A stretch of 64,000 nucleotides of DNA from Candidatus Thermofontivivens primus (lineage in GTDB: Bacteria > Sysuimicrobiota > Sysuimicrobiia > Sysuimicrobiales > Thermofontiviventaceae). This document shows positions 37,376 through 47,443 of this stretch, in pieces. Each line of letters opens with the position of its first letter. Within the stretch, counting starts at the first letter, position 1. The stretch covers positions 224,001 to 288,000 of the forward strand of contig JAVKJW010000001.1 in assembly GCA_031458695.1 (NCBI GenBank). The letters run 5' to 3'. The position numbers and the translations under genes were made by a program. The notes beneath the pieces are model-generated. The model was not told the origin of the DNA. It ran no database searches and saw only the letters and a list, made by a program, of their open reading frames with translations.

Positions 37376-38281
37376 ATGATGCGCTTGGGGATCCTTGCGA
37401 AGGTCTTGACTGCATTGCTGGTTGTCCACTTGGCTTTTTCGGCACTCGCGAGTGCCGAGGAATATGCCCATCCAGAGGTCCTTGTGGATGTTCGATGGGT
37501 GGTCGCGAACCTCCGGAATCCTGCCGTGCGGGTCTTAGACGTGAGCAGCGAGCGGAATGTCTACTTGGCGGGGCATCTTCCTGGTGCAGTCTATGTAGAT
37601 CCGGTGAGTGACCTCACCAACCCGCAGCACCGGGTGCGCGGGATGGCCCTCAACAAGGTGCAGTTCCAGACACTCATGCGGAGGTTAGGGATCCGCAACG
37701 GCGATACGGTTGTCCTCTACGACGATGCGAGCAACCTCTGGGCTGCGCGGGCTTTCTGGGTGTTCAAGCTCTACCGCCACGAGAAGGTCGTTCTCCTCAA
37801 CGGCGGCTCGAAGAGGTGGGTTGGGGAAGGACAGCCTCTCGTGAAAGATGTACCTCGTTTCACTCCCTCAACCTATGTGGCGAAGGACCCGGATCATACC
37901 ATCGTAGCGACGTGGGATTACATTGTGCGCAAACTCGGAAAAGGGGAGACGCTCCTGTGCGACGCGCGGAGCCCCAAGGAGTATGCTGGGCTCGATGTCC
38001 GCTCAGCCCGAGGAGGGCGCATCCCAGGGGCGATCAATGTGGAGTGGCGCCTTGCCGTGAACCCTGATGGAACCTTCAAATCCCGTGCCGAGCTGGAGGT
38101 TCTCTACCAGAAGGCTGGGTTCTCCCGGGATCGGGAGATCATCACCTACTGCCAGACGGGTGTCCGGGCCGCTCATACCTGGTTTGTCTTGAAGTACCTG
38201 CTGGGATATCCCAGGGTGCGCAACTATGATGGGTCCTGGGAGGAATGGGGAAACCGAACGGACTTGCCTGTGGAACGGTGA
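37376..38281 (+). CDS. Exported tandem-rhodanese sulfurtransferase
   Basis: Signal peptide ...ALASA/EEY; GHLPGA, LNGG, DARS, GRIPGA, active loop YCQTGVR, YDGSWEEW. Confidence 0.92.
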   Translation: MMRLGILAKVLTALLVVHLAFSALASAEEYAHPEVLVDVRWVVANLRNPAVRVLDVSSERNVYLAGHLPGAVYVDPVSDLTNPQHRVRGMALNKVQFQTLMRRLGIRNGDTVVLYDDASNLWAARAFWVFKLYRHEKVVLLNGGSKRWVGEGQPLVKDVPRFTPSTYVAKDPDHTIVATWDYIVRKLGKGETLLCDARSPKEYAGLDVRSARGGRIPGAINVEWRLAVNPDGTFKSRAELEVLYQKAGFSRDREIITYCQTGVRAAHTWFVLKYLLGYPRVRNYDGSWEEWGNRTDLPVER

Positions 38282-38287
38282 GGGAAG

Positions 38288-39472
38288 ATGACACTGGCAG
38301 GGGTTGTTCTCCTGGCCCTCGCTGGAGTTGCGGGAATCCTGCTCACCGAGGTGGGACGGGAGGTCGGTCTCTTCTGGGCCTTCGGCCTTGCCTTTGGGTT
38401 TGTCCTCCAGCGGAGTCGGTTCTGCTTTGCTTCAGCGTTTCGTGATCTCTTTCTTTTCGGGTCAGGCCGCATCATGAAGGGGATCCTGGCTGGGATGGCA
38501 GTTGCTACCCTCGGGTTCGCCGTGCTGATGTCGAAGATGGTGCCCAATCCATTGCCAGGCGTGATAGCCCCGGAGGCGCACGTGGTGCCCGTGGGGATCC
38601 ACCTCATCCTGGGTGGCATCCTGTTTGGATTTGGCATGGTCCAAGCAGGAGGGTGTATTTCAGGCTCCCTATACAGGATAGGCGAGGGCTACGTCGCTTC
38701 CTGGGTTGCGTTTGGGGGGATCCTCGGAGGCTTGGGGCTGGCTTTGCACTCCTGGAACTGGTGGTGGCGATTCCACATTGGCCGTGCGCCTATGATCTGG
38801 ATCCCCTCATTCGCCGGGTACGCAGGTGCCACAATCCTGACACTGTTCCTCCTCCTCTGCGCCTATCTCCTGATTCTCTGGTGGGAGTCCACGAAAGGAG
38901 TGATCCTCCCAGAGGTGCCAGCGGGAGCAAAAGGGACCGACTTCCTCCATCGCCTCCAGGATTTGTGGGAGAAGGTCTTCCGCCGGGGCTGGCCTGTTGT
39001 GACAGGCGGGGTTACGCTGGGGGTGCTGAACATTCTCCTTTACGTTGCCCACATGCCCTGGGGAATTACTGGGGAAATCTCGCGGTGGGCCGCCGGGTTC
39101 TCACGCCTTGCTGGGTTTCCCCCACCCGCGCTCTTGGGTGTGGATCAGCTAGCCGGATGTACCCTCACCCTTGGAGGGAACAGGCTCATCACCCACACCC
39201 TGACCCTCGACGTGGGCATGGTGGCTGGCTCGCTCATAGGCGCGCTCCTCGCCGGGGAGTTCCGGATCCGTATCCCTCCGCATCCCCGTCGCTATGCCCA
39301 GGCGATACTTGGGGGGATCCTGATGGGATACGGGGCCGGGATTGCCATGGGATGCACCATTGGAGCGTTCTTCTCTGCGATCCCCTCGCTGGGGCTGAAC
39401 GGGTGGGTATTCGGCCTGTCCCTCTTGGCAGGAGCATATGGAGGCGTGCAGGTATTGAAGCGGATCCCTTAA
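38288..39472 (+). CDS. YeeE/YedE-family sulfur-compound (thiosulfate) transporter
   Basis: RSRFCFASAFRD, FGFGMVQAGGCISG, LMGYGAGIAMGCTIG (three conserved Cys). Confidence 0.9.
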   Translation: MTLAGVVLLALAGVAGILLTEVGREVGLFWAFGLAFGFVLQRSRFCFASAFRDLFLFGSGRIMKGILAGMAVATLGFAVLMSKMVPNPLPGVIAPEAHVVPVGIHLILGGILFGFGMVQAGGCISGSLYRIGEGYVASWVAFGGILGGLGLALHSWNWWWRFHIGRAPMIWIPSFAGYAGATILTLFLLLCAYLLILWWESTKGVILPEVPAGAKGTDFLHRLQDLWEKVFRRGWPVVTGGVTLGVLNILLYVAHMPWGITGEISRWAAGFSRLAGFPPPALLGVDQLAGCTLTLGGNRLITHTLTLDVGMVAGSLIGALLAGEFRIRIPPHPRRYAQAILGGILMGYGAGIAMGCTIGAFFSAIPSLGLNGWVFGLSLLAGAYGGVQVLKRIP

Positions 39473-39487
39473 AAGGAGGTGCCAGGA

Positions 39488-39733
39488 ATGAAGCTGGACG
39501 TGCGGGGCGAGGTCTGTCCCTATCCCATGATGAAGGCCCTCGAGGCGATGCGCCAATTGCCCGAAGGGGAACTCCTGGAGGTCCTGACGGATCACCCGCC
39601 TTCTCTTGAGACCATTCCTCCCCTGGCGAACCAGCTGGGGTTTGCCTGGAAGATCGTGGAGAAGGGAAGGGGGCAGTGGGCCATCCTCATTGCCCGCGAG
39701 GCCGGGATCATCGAGGAAGCTTTACACGCTTGA
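39488..39733 (+). CDS. TusA/YeeD-family sulfur carrier
   Basis: LDVRGEVCPYP; SD AGGAGG. Confidence 0.92.
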   Translation: MKLDVRGEVCPYPMMKALEAMRQLPEGELLEVLTDHPPSLETIPPLANQLGFAWKIVEKGRGQWAILIAREAGIIEEALHA

Positions 39734-39808
39734 GGTTGCGGACAAAGCGTTCTTGGCTTACAGTGTATGGGGAACAGGACGCAAGACCAGATCCGCTCGG
39801 GAGGGAGA

Positions 39809-40477
39809 ATGCGCAGGGCGGGACGGCCATTTCTCTTCATCACCTGTCACGAGCTCAAGGAGATGCTTGGGCGGACAGCCTGGGATGAGCGGGAGCTCCT
39901 GGACGGGATCGAGGAGGTTCCTGCAGATTCGCTCTATTATCACACCCTCAGCTACTTCCTCCGCAGCAAGTACCTGGCGAGCCCTTATCCCAATGACTTC
40001 GCCACTTGGGCCGCGATCCAGGTACGGGACCGCGTTCTCGGGGAGCGCTTGGCCGTCGTGGATCCCTTCGATTACGAGGATATCGAGTCGCTTCGATCGG
40101 AACTCATTACCATCATCGACGACCACCTCGCCTCCCTTCCCACTATCCCCCGAGTCGTGTATGGCGAGCCCTTCCACTTCATGCGCTCGACCATCATCGA
40201 GATTCCCACAGGGATCGAGGCCCGTAGCCTCCGGGAGTTTCGTGACGGCGTCCAGGCGGTCGATCTGGGAGCCATCTTCTACCACTTCTTTGGCGTGGTG
40301 CGGCGCAAGAACTCCCGTCACGTGGATCCCATCGTGTGGCTGGAGGAGGAGCTCGACCTCCCGGACCTTGCTGGGCGGATCCGACGGATGAATCCATACG
40401 TGAGCAGCCTTGTTGGCTTCCGCACAAGGCTTCTCGCTGTGCTGGACCATGTTCTGGAGGAAGTCGGCGATGCCTGA
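39809..40477 (+). CDS. DUF5752-like protein
   Basis: Repeated SLYYH...YPNDFATW / AIFYHF...IVW modules; overlaps the downstream glycosyltransferase start. Confidence 0.75.
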   Translation: MRRAGRPFLFITCHELKEMLGRTAWDERELLDGIEEVPADSLYYHTLSYFLRSKYLASPYPNDFATWAAIQVRDRVLGERLAVVDPFDYEDIESLRSELITIIDDHLASLPTIPRVVYGEPFHFMRSTIIEIPTGIEARSLREFRDGVQAVDLGAIFYHFFGVVRRKNSRHVDPIVWLEEELDLPDLAGRIRRMNPYVSSLVGFRTRLLAVLDHVLEEVGDA

Positions 40478-41678
40478 GAGGCCGCTCCGCCTCGATGACT
40501 ACCGCCAGGTCGTGCCTTCCAACACCATCGACCTCATCTACCGCCTCGCGGAGCGTGTCCAGGGGCGATCTCTCCTCCACGTCAACTCCACGCGGGTCGG
40601 CGGGGGCGTCGCGGAGATGCTCCACCGTTATATCCCTCTCTTCCAGGACATCGGCGTGGAGGCAGGATGGGAGGTGATCTCAGGTTCTGATGCCTTCTTC
40701 CGGGTCACCAAAAGTTTCCACAACGCTCTCCAAGGCCAGGAGCAGGTGTTCACGGAGGAGATGCTGAGGACTTACCTCGAGGTCAACCGGGAGAACGCGG
40801 CGCGTCTCGATCTGGCTGCGGATGTGGTGATGATCCATGACCCCCAGCCCGCAGCCCTCATCGAATATGCGTCCAGGAAAGGGAAATGGATCTGGCGCTG
40901 CCATATTGACATCTCCCGTCCGCAGCGCAGGGCCTGGAACTTTCTTCGGCAGTTTATCGTGAAATACGATGCGGCCATCTTCTCCCTCCCCAAGTTCTCT
41001 CAGAGGTTGCCCATCCCCCAGTACCTTATCTATCCCAGCATCGACCCGCTCTCCGAGAAGAATCGCGACCTCACTGGGGAGGAGGTCAACGCAATCCTGG
41101 ATCGTCTCAACATCCCCCGGGACAAGCCGATCCTCCTGCAGGTCTCCCGGTTTGACCGGTTCAAGGATCCCATCGGTGTGATCAATGCCTACCGGATCGT
41201 GAAGAAGTACGACGACTGTCGCCTCGTCCTTGCTGGAGGGACCGCGGACGACGATCCGGAAGGTGCCCAGGTGCTTTCGGAGGTCATGGAGGCGGCGGCG
41301 GGGGATCCCAATATCCACGTCCTCTTGCTCCCGCCCACTGCGGATCTAGAGATCAACGCCCTGCAGCGGGCGGCGACCATCATCCTCCAGAAGTCCATTC
41401 GAGAGGGATTTGGGCTGACGGTGGCTGAGGGAATGTGGAAGGGGAAACCCGTCATCGGAGGGTTCGCCGGGGGCATCACCGTCCAGATCATCTACGGGGT
41501 CACCGGCTACACCGTGAACTCTGTGGAAGGGTGCGCGTTTCGTATCCGCTACCTCTTGAACAACCCAGAGGTGGCCCGGCAGATGGGGGAGAACGCCCGT
41601 GAGTACGTCCGCCAGAACTTCCTCATCACCCGCGATCTCATTGACCACCTGGCCCTGATGGTTTCCCTGTTGGGCTAA
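40470..41678 (+). CDS. treT: GT4 glycosyltransferase, TreT trehalose synthase-like
   Basis: HVNSTRVGGGVAEML, TKSFHNALQG, HDPQP, WRCHID, QVSRFDRFKDP, REGFGLTVAEGMWK. Confidence 0.85.
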   Translation: MPERPLRLDDYRQVVPSNTIDLIYRLAERVQGRSLLHVNSTRVGGGVAEMLHRYIPLFQDIGVEAGWEVISGSDAFFRVTKSFHNALQGQEQVFTEEMLRTYLEVNRENAARLDLAADVVMIHDPQPAALIEYASRKGKWIWRCHIDISRPQRRAWNFLRQFIVKYDAAIFSLPKFSQRLPIPQYLIYPSIDPLSEKNRDLTGEEVNAILDRLNIPRDKPILLQVSRFDRFKDPIGVINAYRIVKKYDDCRLVLAGGTADDDPEGAQVLSEVMEAAAGDPNIHVLLLPPTADLEINALQRAATIILQKSIREGFGLTVAEGMWKGKPVIGGFAGGITVQIIYGVTGYTVNSVEGCAFRIRYLLNNPEVARQMGENAREYVRQNFLITRDLIDHLALMVSLLG

Positions 41679-41815
41679 AAACCACCGGTGAATCTCCTGG
41701 CAAGAGGTTGCTGCATCCTTGATTTTGTGGAATGGTGCACCCATGCCTCATGAGCCTTTTCGGGATCCCCAAGGCGTAAACATCCAAAGGGCAGTTCCCT
41801 CTCCTGAAGTCGTGA

Positions 41816-42871
41816 TCAGAATTTTCGTGAGGGGACAGAAGGCTGGCGAGCCTGTCGTGGACGGAAGTGGAGGGAAGCCCCGCAGGACTCGCGGATAATG
41901 AGTCGGGTTTTGAGCACGATTTCCTGCGGTGGCATCGATGGACCCCGGAGGATACGCTGCAACAGCAGCTGGGCTGCATTCACCCCCAGGGCGTACGCAG
42001 GCTGGGCCACGGCGGTAAGGGGAGGGGTGAGGATTGAAGCCCACTCCATATCGTCGAAACCTACCACAGCCATCTCCTGGGGGATGCGAACCCCTGCTTC
42101 CCTGAGGGCAAGGAGAGCGCCAATCGTCATGAGGTTGTTGGCCACGAACAACGCGGTGGGCCGCTCGTCCATCTCCAGGAATTCCCTGGCGAGACGATAA
42201 CCGCTGTCCTGCTTGAAGTTTCCTTCCTTGATCAAATGCTTCTTGACGGGGATCCTTGCCTCCCTCAGAGCCTCAAGGTAGCCCTGCAGCCGTTCAAACC
42301 CTGTGTATACCCTCTGCGGCCCGCAGATGGTTGCGATGCGGCGATGTCCAAGGTTGATGAGGTGGGCAACAGCTTCCTTCGCACCGCTCCTGTTGTCTAC
42401 AATGACCGCATCAGCTTTGATTCCCTCGATCTTCCGGTCGATGAGGACGAGGGGAAGGCCCTCCCGGATCCAAGCGCGCAGAAAGTGCCCGGCTTCCCCG
42501 CTGGGTGCGAGGAGAAGGCCATCGACCCTCTTCTCCCGGAGGATCCGCAGGTACATCTCTTCCTTCTCAGGATTCTCATCGGCATTGCAGAGGACCACGG
42601 CATACCCGTGCTGATGGACGACATCCTCGATCCCACGAACCACTGCGGCGAAGAAGGGGTTGGCGTTGTCTGAGACGACGACCCCAAGAGTATGGGTGCG
42701 TTTCTTCACCATACTGCGGGCTAGGGCATTGGGGTGGTAGTCAAGGAGCTTGGCGGCGCGCAGAACGCGGCTGCGCGTCTCGGGGCTTACATATCCATAC
42801 CCCCCAAGCGCCCGTGACGCCGTGGCCACAGAGACACCAGCCTGTCGCGCAACATCCTTGAGCGTGGCCAT
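41816..42871 (-). CDS. LacI-family transcriptional regulator
   Basis: TLKDVARQAGVSVATASRAL, YHPNALARS, VVGFDD, PPLTAV. Confidence 0.96.
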   Translation of the reverse strand: MATLKDVARQAGVSVATASRALGGYGYVSPETRSRVLRAAKLLDYHPNALARSMVKKRTHTLGVVVSDNANPFFAAVVRGIEDVVHQHGYAVVLCNADENPEKEEMYLRILREKRVDGLLLAPSGEAGHFLRAWIREGLPLVLIDRKIEGIKADAVIVDNRSGAKEAVAHLINLGHRRIATICGPQRVYTGFERLQGYLEALREARIPVKKHLIKEGNFKQDSGYRLAREFLEMDERPTALFVANNLMTIGALLALREAGVRIPQEMAVVGFDDMEWASILTPPLTAVAQPAYALGVNAAQLLLQRILRGPSMPPQEIVLKTRLIIRESCGASLHFRPRQARQPSVPSRKF

Positions 42872-42875
42872 ATTC

Positions 42876-42889
42876 TGGGAAGGTTCTCA
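42876..42889. promoter_or_regulatory. Second LacI-type operator (autoregulatory position)
   Basis: TGGGAAGGTTCTCA, similar to the 42985 site, 4 nt upstream of the regulator ATG. Confidence 0.55.
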
Positions 42890-42970
42890 TAACCATTTCG
42901 CGAGTAGGTCCATAGGATCCTTCTAAATTGTTTGGGAAAATCCCTAATCCACGGGAGGAAAGGGGAGGGT

Positions 42971-42999
42971 TTGCGTCGAATATGTGAGAACGTTATCAT
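42971..42999 (+). promoter_or_regulatory. Sugar operon promoter overlapped by LacI-type operator
   Basis: TTGCGT-N17-TATCAT; operator TGAGAACGTTATCA (42985-42998) with central CG. Confidence 0.75.
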
Positions 43000-43045
43000 A
43001 TTCCCCCAGGGAAGGGTTTCTGGGGAACCAAAGGGAGGGCAGCAG

Positions 43046-44461
43046 GTGAGGGCACCCAAGGTCGGGATCTTAACCTTCTCCGATGGCAGGCGCCACGTCC
43101 ACGAGGAATTGTTGCCGCTTACCCGTGGTTTTCAGGAGGCATTGGCCCAGAGGCTCCGCGAGGCGGGATGGGAAGTGGTTTGCGGAAGAGAGATCGTGTG
43201 GACCACTGACCTTGCGAAGAGCGAGGCGCGCTATCTTGCGGCAGAGGGTGTAGAGGCAACGATCTTCAACTTCGCCATCTGGAGCTTCCCCCACTTCCCA
43301 GCGATCGCTGCGCAATTCGCCCCTGGTCCATTCCTCTTGTTCAGCAACATAAACCCCCGCTACCCTGGTCTTGTGGGCATGCTGGCGAGCGCGGGAGCCC
43401 TGGACCAGGTGGGGGTTTTCCATGCACGTGTGAGCGGGGATATCCGCGATGCCCAGGTGTTTTCGCGAGTCCTTCAATTCCTCCGCGCCGCGGTGGCTGT
43501 GCATCGACTCAAGGGAGAGACCTATGGCCTCATCGGGGGGAGGTCCATGGGGATGTACACAGCCCAAGCCCCACTTGACCAGTGGCGGCGCCAGTTTGGG
43601 ATCGACATCGAGCACATCGACCAGTTCGAGATCGTCCGGCGGAGTGAGCATGTGCCTGCGGATCGTGTTGAGGCTGCTTTTGCCTGGCTCGAGCGGAATG
43701 TAGGCAAAATCCACTATGACGGGGACAAACTCACTCCTGAACTCCTCAAGCGCCAGATCCGTTCTTATCACGCCGTCCGAGAGATCATCGACGAATGGCG
43801 CCTGGACTTCTGCGGGATCAAAGGGCAGCCGGAATTGACGAACCACTTCTGCACCATGGACATCGCTGAGGCATTCCTGAACGACCCTTATGACTGGGAG
43901 GGCCCACACGATCCCATCATCTGTGCCACGGAGGCGGATATGGATGGTGCCTTGACCATGGAGATCTTCAAGCACCTCGCGGGGACCCCTGTCCTGTTCG
44001 CCGACGTCCGCCACTACGATGCAGCAGACGATGTGTGGGACCTTTGCAACTCGGGCCAGCATGCCACATACTTTGCCGGAAAATCCTTTGACCCTCAGGT
44101 GAACCTTCCCAAGGTTCAGCTTTTCCCCGCGATCCTCTACTTTCCAGCTGGTGGGGCTTCGGTCGCCCACATCGCCGCGCCCGGAGAGGTAACCCTGGCA
44201 CGGCTCTCGCGCAGGCAAGGGCGCTACTGGATGGCCATCCTTCCCGCGGAGTTTGTGGAGTTTCCCGAAGAGGTCGCTTGGAAGAAAGCGGAGGCTACCA
44301 CGAAGGAGTGGCCCCATGCCTTTGCTCGCTTCAGAGTTACCCCGGAGGAGTTCCTGGCCGAATACGACAGCAACCACATCCATGGCGTGTACGGCAACTG
44401 GGTGCAGGAACTTCTCTGGGTGTGCAAGATCCTCGGCATCGAGGCTCGGGTGTTTGCCTGA
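43046..44461 (+). CDS. L-fucose/arabinose isomerase-family protein
   Basis: GTG after GGAGG; GGRSMGM, KGQPE, CATEADMDGALT, FADVR, LCNSGQH, SNHIHG. Confidence 0.85.
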   Translation: MRAPKVGILTFSDGRRHVHEELLPLTRGFQEALAQRLREAGWEVVCGREIVWTTDLAKSEARYLAAEGVEATIFNFAIWSFPHFPAIAAQFAPGPFLLFSNINPRYPGLVGMLASAGALDQVGVFHARVSGDIRDAQVFSRVLQFLRAAVAVHRLKGETYGLIGGRSMGMYTAQAPLDQWRRQFGIDIEHIDQFEIVRRSEHVPADRVEAAFAWLERNVGKIHYDGDKLTPELLKRQIRSYHAVREIIDEWRLDFCGIKGQPELTNHFCTMDIAEAFLNDPYDWEGPHDPIICATEADMDGALTMEIFKHLAGTPVLFADVRHYDAADDVWDLCNSGQHATYFAGKSFDPQVNLPKVQLFPAILYFPAGGASVAHIAAPGEVTLARLSRRQGRYWMAILPAEFVEFPEEVAWKKAEATTKEWPHAFARFRVTPEEFLAEYDSNHIHGVYGNWVQELLWVCKILGIEARVFA

Positions 44462-44471
44462 GCGTGGGACC

Positions 44472-46079
44472 ATGGCATATACCATCGGCATTGACTTCGG
44501 TACAGAATCGGCCAGGGCTGTCCTCATGGACACAGAAAGTGGCGAGCAGGTGACGACCGCAGTATCCCGCTACCGCCACGGAGTCCTTGAGCGTTCCCTT
44601 CCGGACGGGACTTCTCTCCCCCAAGACTGGGCCCTGCAGCACCCGCAGGATTGGGTGGATTCGCTGGAAGAGCTCCTCCAACAGATGACGCGTGCAGCAC
44701 AGCCAGACCGGATCCTCGGGATCGGCATAGACTTCACGTCGTGTACGCTCCTGCCCACGACTTCAGAAGGGAGACCCCTGTGTCTCCTGGAGGAATTTCA
44801 CGCACGCCCCCATGCCTGGCCTATGCTGTGGAAGCACCACGCAGCACAGAAGTATGCGGATCGCATCAACGCTTCCGGGTGGGACCTTCTGGCATATTAT
44901 GGTGGGAAGACCTCCTCGGAATGGCTGTGGGCCAAGGCCTGGCAAATCTTGGAGGAAGCTCCGGATATCTTCCATGCTGCGGATCGGCTGATCGAGGGCG
45001 GTGACTGGATCGTTTGGCAACTCACAGGACAGGAGGTGCGGAGCATCTGTCAGGCAGGGTACAAGGCGCACTGGCAGAAGGGGAGGGGCTATCCCGAGGC
45101 TGCGTTCCTCGCCCAGCTCCATCCCAATCTCCCGCAGGTGTTAGCGAAGCTCTCTCCTCCTCATCCTCTGGGCTCCCGTGCCGGGGGATTGGTCTCTGCA
45201 TGGGCGAACCGGACAGGCCTCCGTGAAGGGACGACTGTGGCCACGGCTGTGATCGATGCCCATGCCTCTGTCCCAGCCGTCGGGGTGACGGAGCCAGGTG
45301 TCCTCGTTGCTATTCTGGGGACGTCTGCGTGCCACCTCCTCTTGAGCGAAAAGTATCTGGCGATCCCAGGGATCTCGGGGGTAGTGGAAGATGGCATCCT
45401 CCCCGGTTTCTACGGGTATGAAGCGGGGCAAGTCTCATTCGGAGACATCTTCGAGTGGTACGTGAGAACCCACGCCGCATCCATGTATGGCGGGGAAGAA
45501 GCAGCATTTCAGAAGCTTACACGGGAGGCTGCTAGGCTCAAACCAGGGGAATCTGGGCTTCTGGCGCTGGACTGGTGGAACGGTTGCCGCACCCCTTATG
45601 TGGACGCATCCCTCTCGGGGATGATCATCGGCCTGACCCTCACGACAGAGCCTCCCCACATCTATCGCGCTCTTTTGGAAGCGGCCGCTTTTGGGACGCG
45701 CAGGGTCATTGAGACCTTTGAAGCAGGAGGCCTGTCGGTGGAGGAGATCCGCGTGTGCGGGGGTGTTGCGGAGCGCAATAAGCTGCTGCTCCAGATCATG
45801 GCAGATGTAACGGGGAGGGATGTTGTCGACGCGAACGTTCTTCACGCTTCCGCCACGGGCGCAGCGATCTATGCGGCGGCTGCGGCGGAGATTTATGGGA
45901 GTGTGCACGAGGCTGCGAAGCGGATGGGGTCAAGGAAAGAGACGGTATACCGGCCCATCCAGGAGCACGTCCCAGTTTACGATGCGCTCTACGCAGAGTA
46001 TAGGAGACTCGCCGAGTATTTTGGGGGTGGGACCAGCGATGTCATGAGGAAGCTGCGGCAACTACGCGTACTTTCCTAG
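44472..46079 (+). CDS. Ribulokinase (AraB-like, FGGY family)
   Basis: GIDFGTES, GIDFTSCT, WKHHAAQ, YGGKTSSEW, IDAH, GTSAC, DWWNGCR. Confidence 0.88.
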   Translation: MAYTIGIDFGTESARAVLMDTESGEQVTTAVSRYRHGVLERSLPDGTSLPQDWALQHPQDWVDSLEELLQQMTRAAQPDRILGIGIDFTSCTLLPTTSEGRPLCLLEEFHARPHAWPMLWKHHAAQKYADRINASGWDLLAYYGGKTSSEWLWAKAWQILEEAPDIFHAADRLIEGGDWIVWQLTGQEVRSICQAGYKAHWQKGRGYPEAAFLAQLHPNLPQVLAKLSPPHPLGSRAGGLVSAWANRTGLREGTTVATAVIDAHASVPAVGVTEPGVLVAILGTSACHLLLSEKYLAIPGISGVVEDGILPGFYGYEAGQVSFGDIFEWYVRTHAASMYGGEEAAFQKLTREAARLKPGESGLLALDWWNGCRTPYVDASLSGMIIGLTLTTEPPHIYRALLEAAAFGTRRVIETFEAGGLSVEEIRVCGGVAERNKLLLQIMADVTGRDVVDANVLHASATGAAIYAAAAAEIYGSVHEAAKRMGSRKETVYRPIQEHVPVYDALYAEYRRLAEYFGGGTSDVMRKLRQLRVLS

Positions 46080-46106
46080 AACCATGTTTCAAAAGGAGGG
46101 AGAACC

Positions 46107-47417
46107 ATGGAAGGGTGGAGTGTTCTTGATGGGAAGTACGGGCGGAGAGAGTTCCTGCGTCTTCTGGGTCTCGCAACTCTTGCTGCGGCAGTAGAGGCAG
46201 GACTTCCCCTCAAGGCTTTCGCACAGGTTCGGGTGCTTGAATTCAACACCCTTTTCCACAGCGGGGACGCTCAAGCCATGGAGCGCATCGTCAAGCTGTT
46301 CAACGAACAGCATAAGAACGTCCAGATCAGTCTCACCCAAGGGCAGTGGGCAGAGTATTATGCCCAGCTTTTCGCTTCCGTGGCGGCAGGGAACCCGCCA
46401 CATATCGGGATCTGCCACACGAGCCGTATCCTGGATGTCTACCGTGCCTTGACTCCTCTGGAGGAATCCCGTGCGGGCAACCTTCTTGCCATCGCTGGGA
46501 TCCGTGGGGAAAACTACGTGAAATCTGTCTGGGATGCTGGAGTCTATAGGGACCGGCGCTACCTCGTCCCGTTGGATACCCACATGTGGGGGTTGTGGTA
46601 CAACAAGGACCTCTTTCGCCAGGCCGGTCTTGATCCAGAGAAGCCGCCGGAGACCCGGGAGGAATTCGAGCGGGCGGCAGACGCCATCAAGGCGAAGACT
46701 GGAAAGTTCGCCTTCCACCCCGCCGAGGACGCCCTCCCTCGGAAAATCCGGAGGGCCTGGGAGATCCTCTTCTGGGGGCAAGGAGGCGAACTGCTCACGC
46801 CGGATGGAAAGCGTGCTGCGTTCAATGACGAGCGAGGCCTGCAGGCCCTCGATTACCTGGTGAGCATGATCCATAAGCGTGGCTGGAACCAGCCTGGAAC
46901 CGATGGATTCAAGCAGTTCGCCGCGGGCCAACTCGGGATGCTTCTAGCGGGAAACTGGTACTTCCCCACGGCAAAGGCAAGTGGCGTGAACTTTGGCTTC
47001 CACTATATGCCGAAGTTCTTCCAGAAGCCGGTCACCTGGGGCGATAGCCATAACCTGGTAATCCCACGGCAACCCGCCAGGGTACCTGATGAGATGCTGA
47101 TCCTGGCAATCAAGACGATCAAATGGATCAATGAGCATTCCGACATGTGGGGCATCTATGGGGGACATATTCCCGCATACCTGCCTGCTCAACGGAGCAA
47201 AGCTCTAACGGAGTCGGACACCTGGAAGATCGCGCTGCGGAAGTTTGCGGACATGGCAAAGCGTGGGTGGCTTCATTACCCGTTGATCCATGAGAAAGCT
47301 CCGAGGATCCATGCTGCCATTGAGCCATTCATCCAGGAGGCCTACAATGGCCGGCTGACCCCTAAGGAGGCTCTCAGCCGGGCTGAAGCTGAGGTAAACC
47401 GAGTCCTGGCTTCCTGA
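46107..47417 (+). CDS. Sugar ABC substrate-binding protein with Tat signal
   Basis: GRREFLRLLG twin-Arg motif; WYNKDLFRQAGLDPEKPP; family-1 SBP features. Confidence 0.88.
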   Translation: MEGWSVLDGKYGRREFLRLLGLATLAAAVEAGLPLKAFAQVRVLEFNTLFHSGDAQAMERIVKLFNEQHKNVQISLTQGQWAEYYAQLFASVAAGNPPHIGICHTSRILDVYRALTPLEESRAGNLLAIAGIRGENYVKSVWDAGVYRDRRYLVPLDTHMWGLWYNKDLFRQAGLDPEKPPETREEFERAADAIKAKTGKFAFHPAEDALPRKIRRAWEILFWGQGGELLTPDGKRAAFNDERGLQALDYLVSMIHKRGWNQPGTDGFKQFAAGQLGMLLAGNWYFPTAKASGVNFGFHYMPKFFQKPVTWGDSHNLVIPRQPARVPDEMLILAIKTIKWINEHSDMWGIYGGHIPAYLPAQRSKALTESDTWKIALRKFADMAKRGWLHYPLIHEKAPRIHAAIEPFIQEAYNGRLTPKEALSRAEAEVNRVLAS

Positions 47418-47443
47418 CCGTTCTTTGGGGATTCTCAAGGCAG

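Noticed and set aside
37376..39733. Selenocysteine recoding in the sulfur module
   Set aside because: Active-site positions are ordinary Cys codons; TGA codons fall at normal C-termini
42932..43045. N-terminal extensions in the ORF track (isomerase, kinase, recO, cdd, MoxR, CobB, PHP and others)
   Set aside because: Overlap promoters or neighbouring genes; downstream starts match SD position and family N-termini
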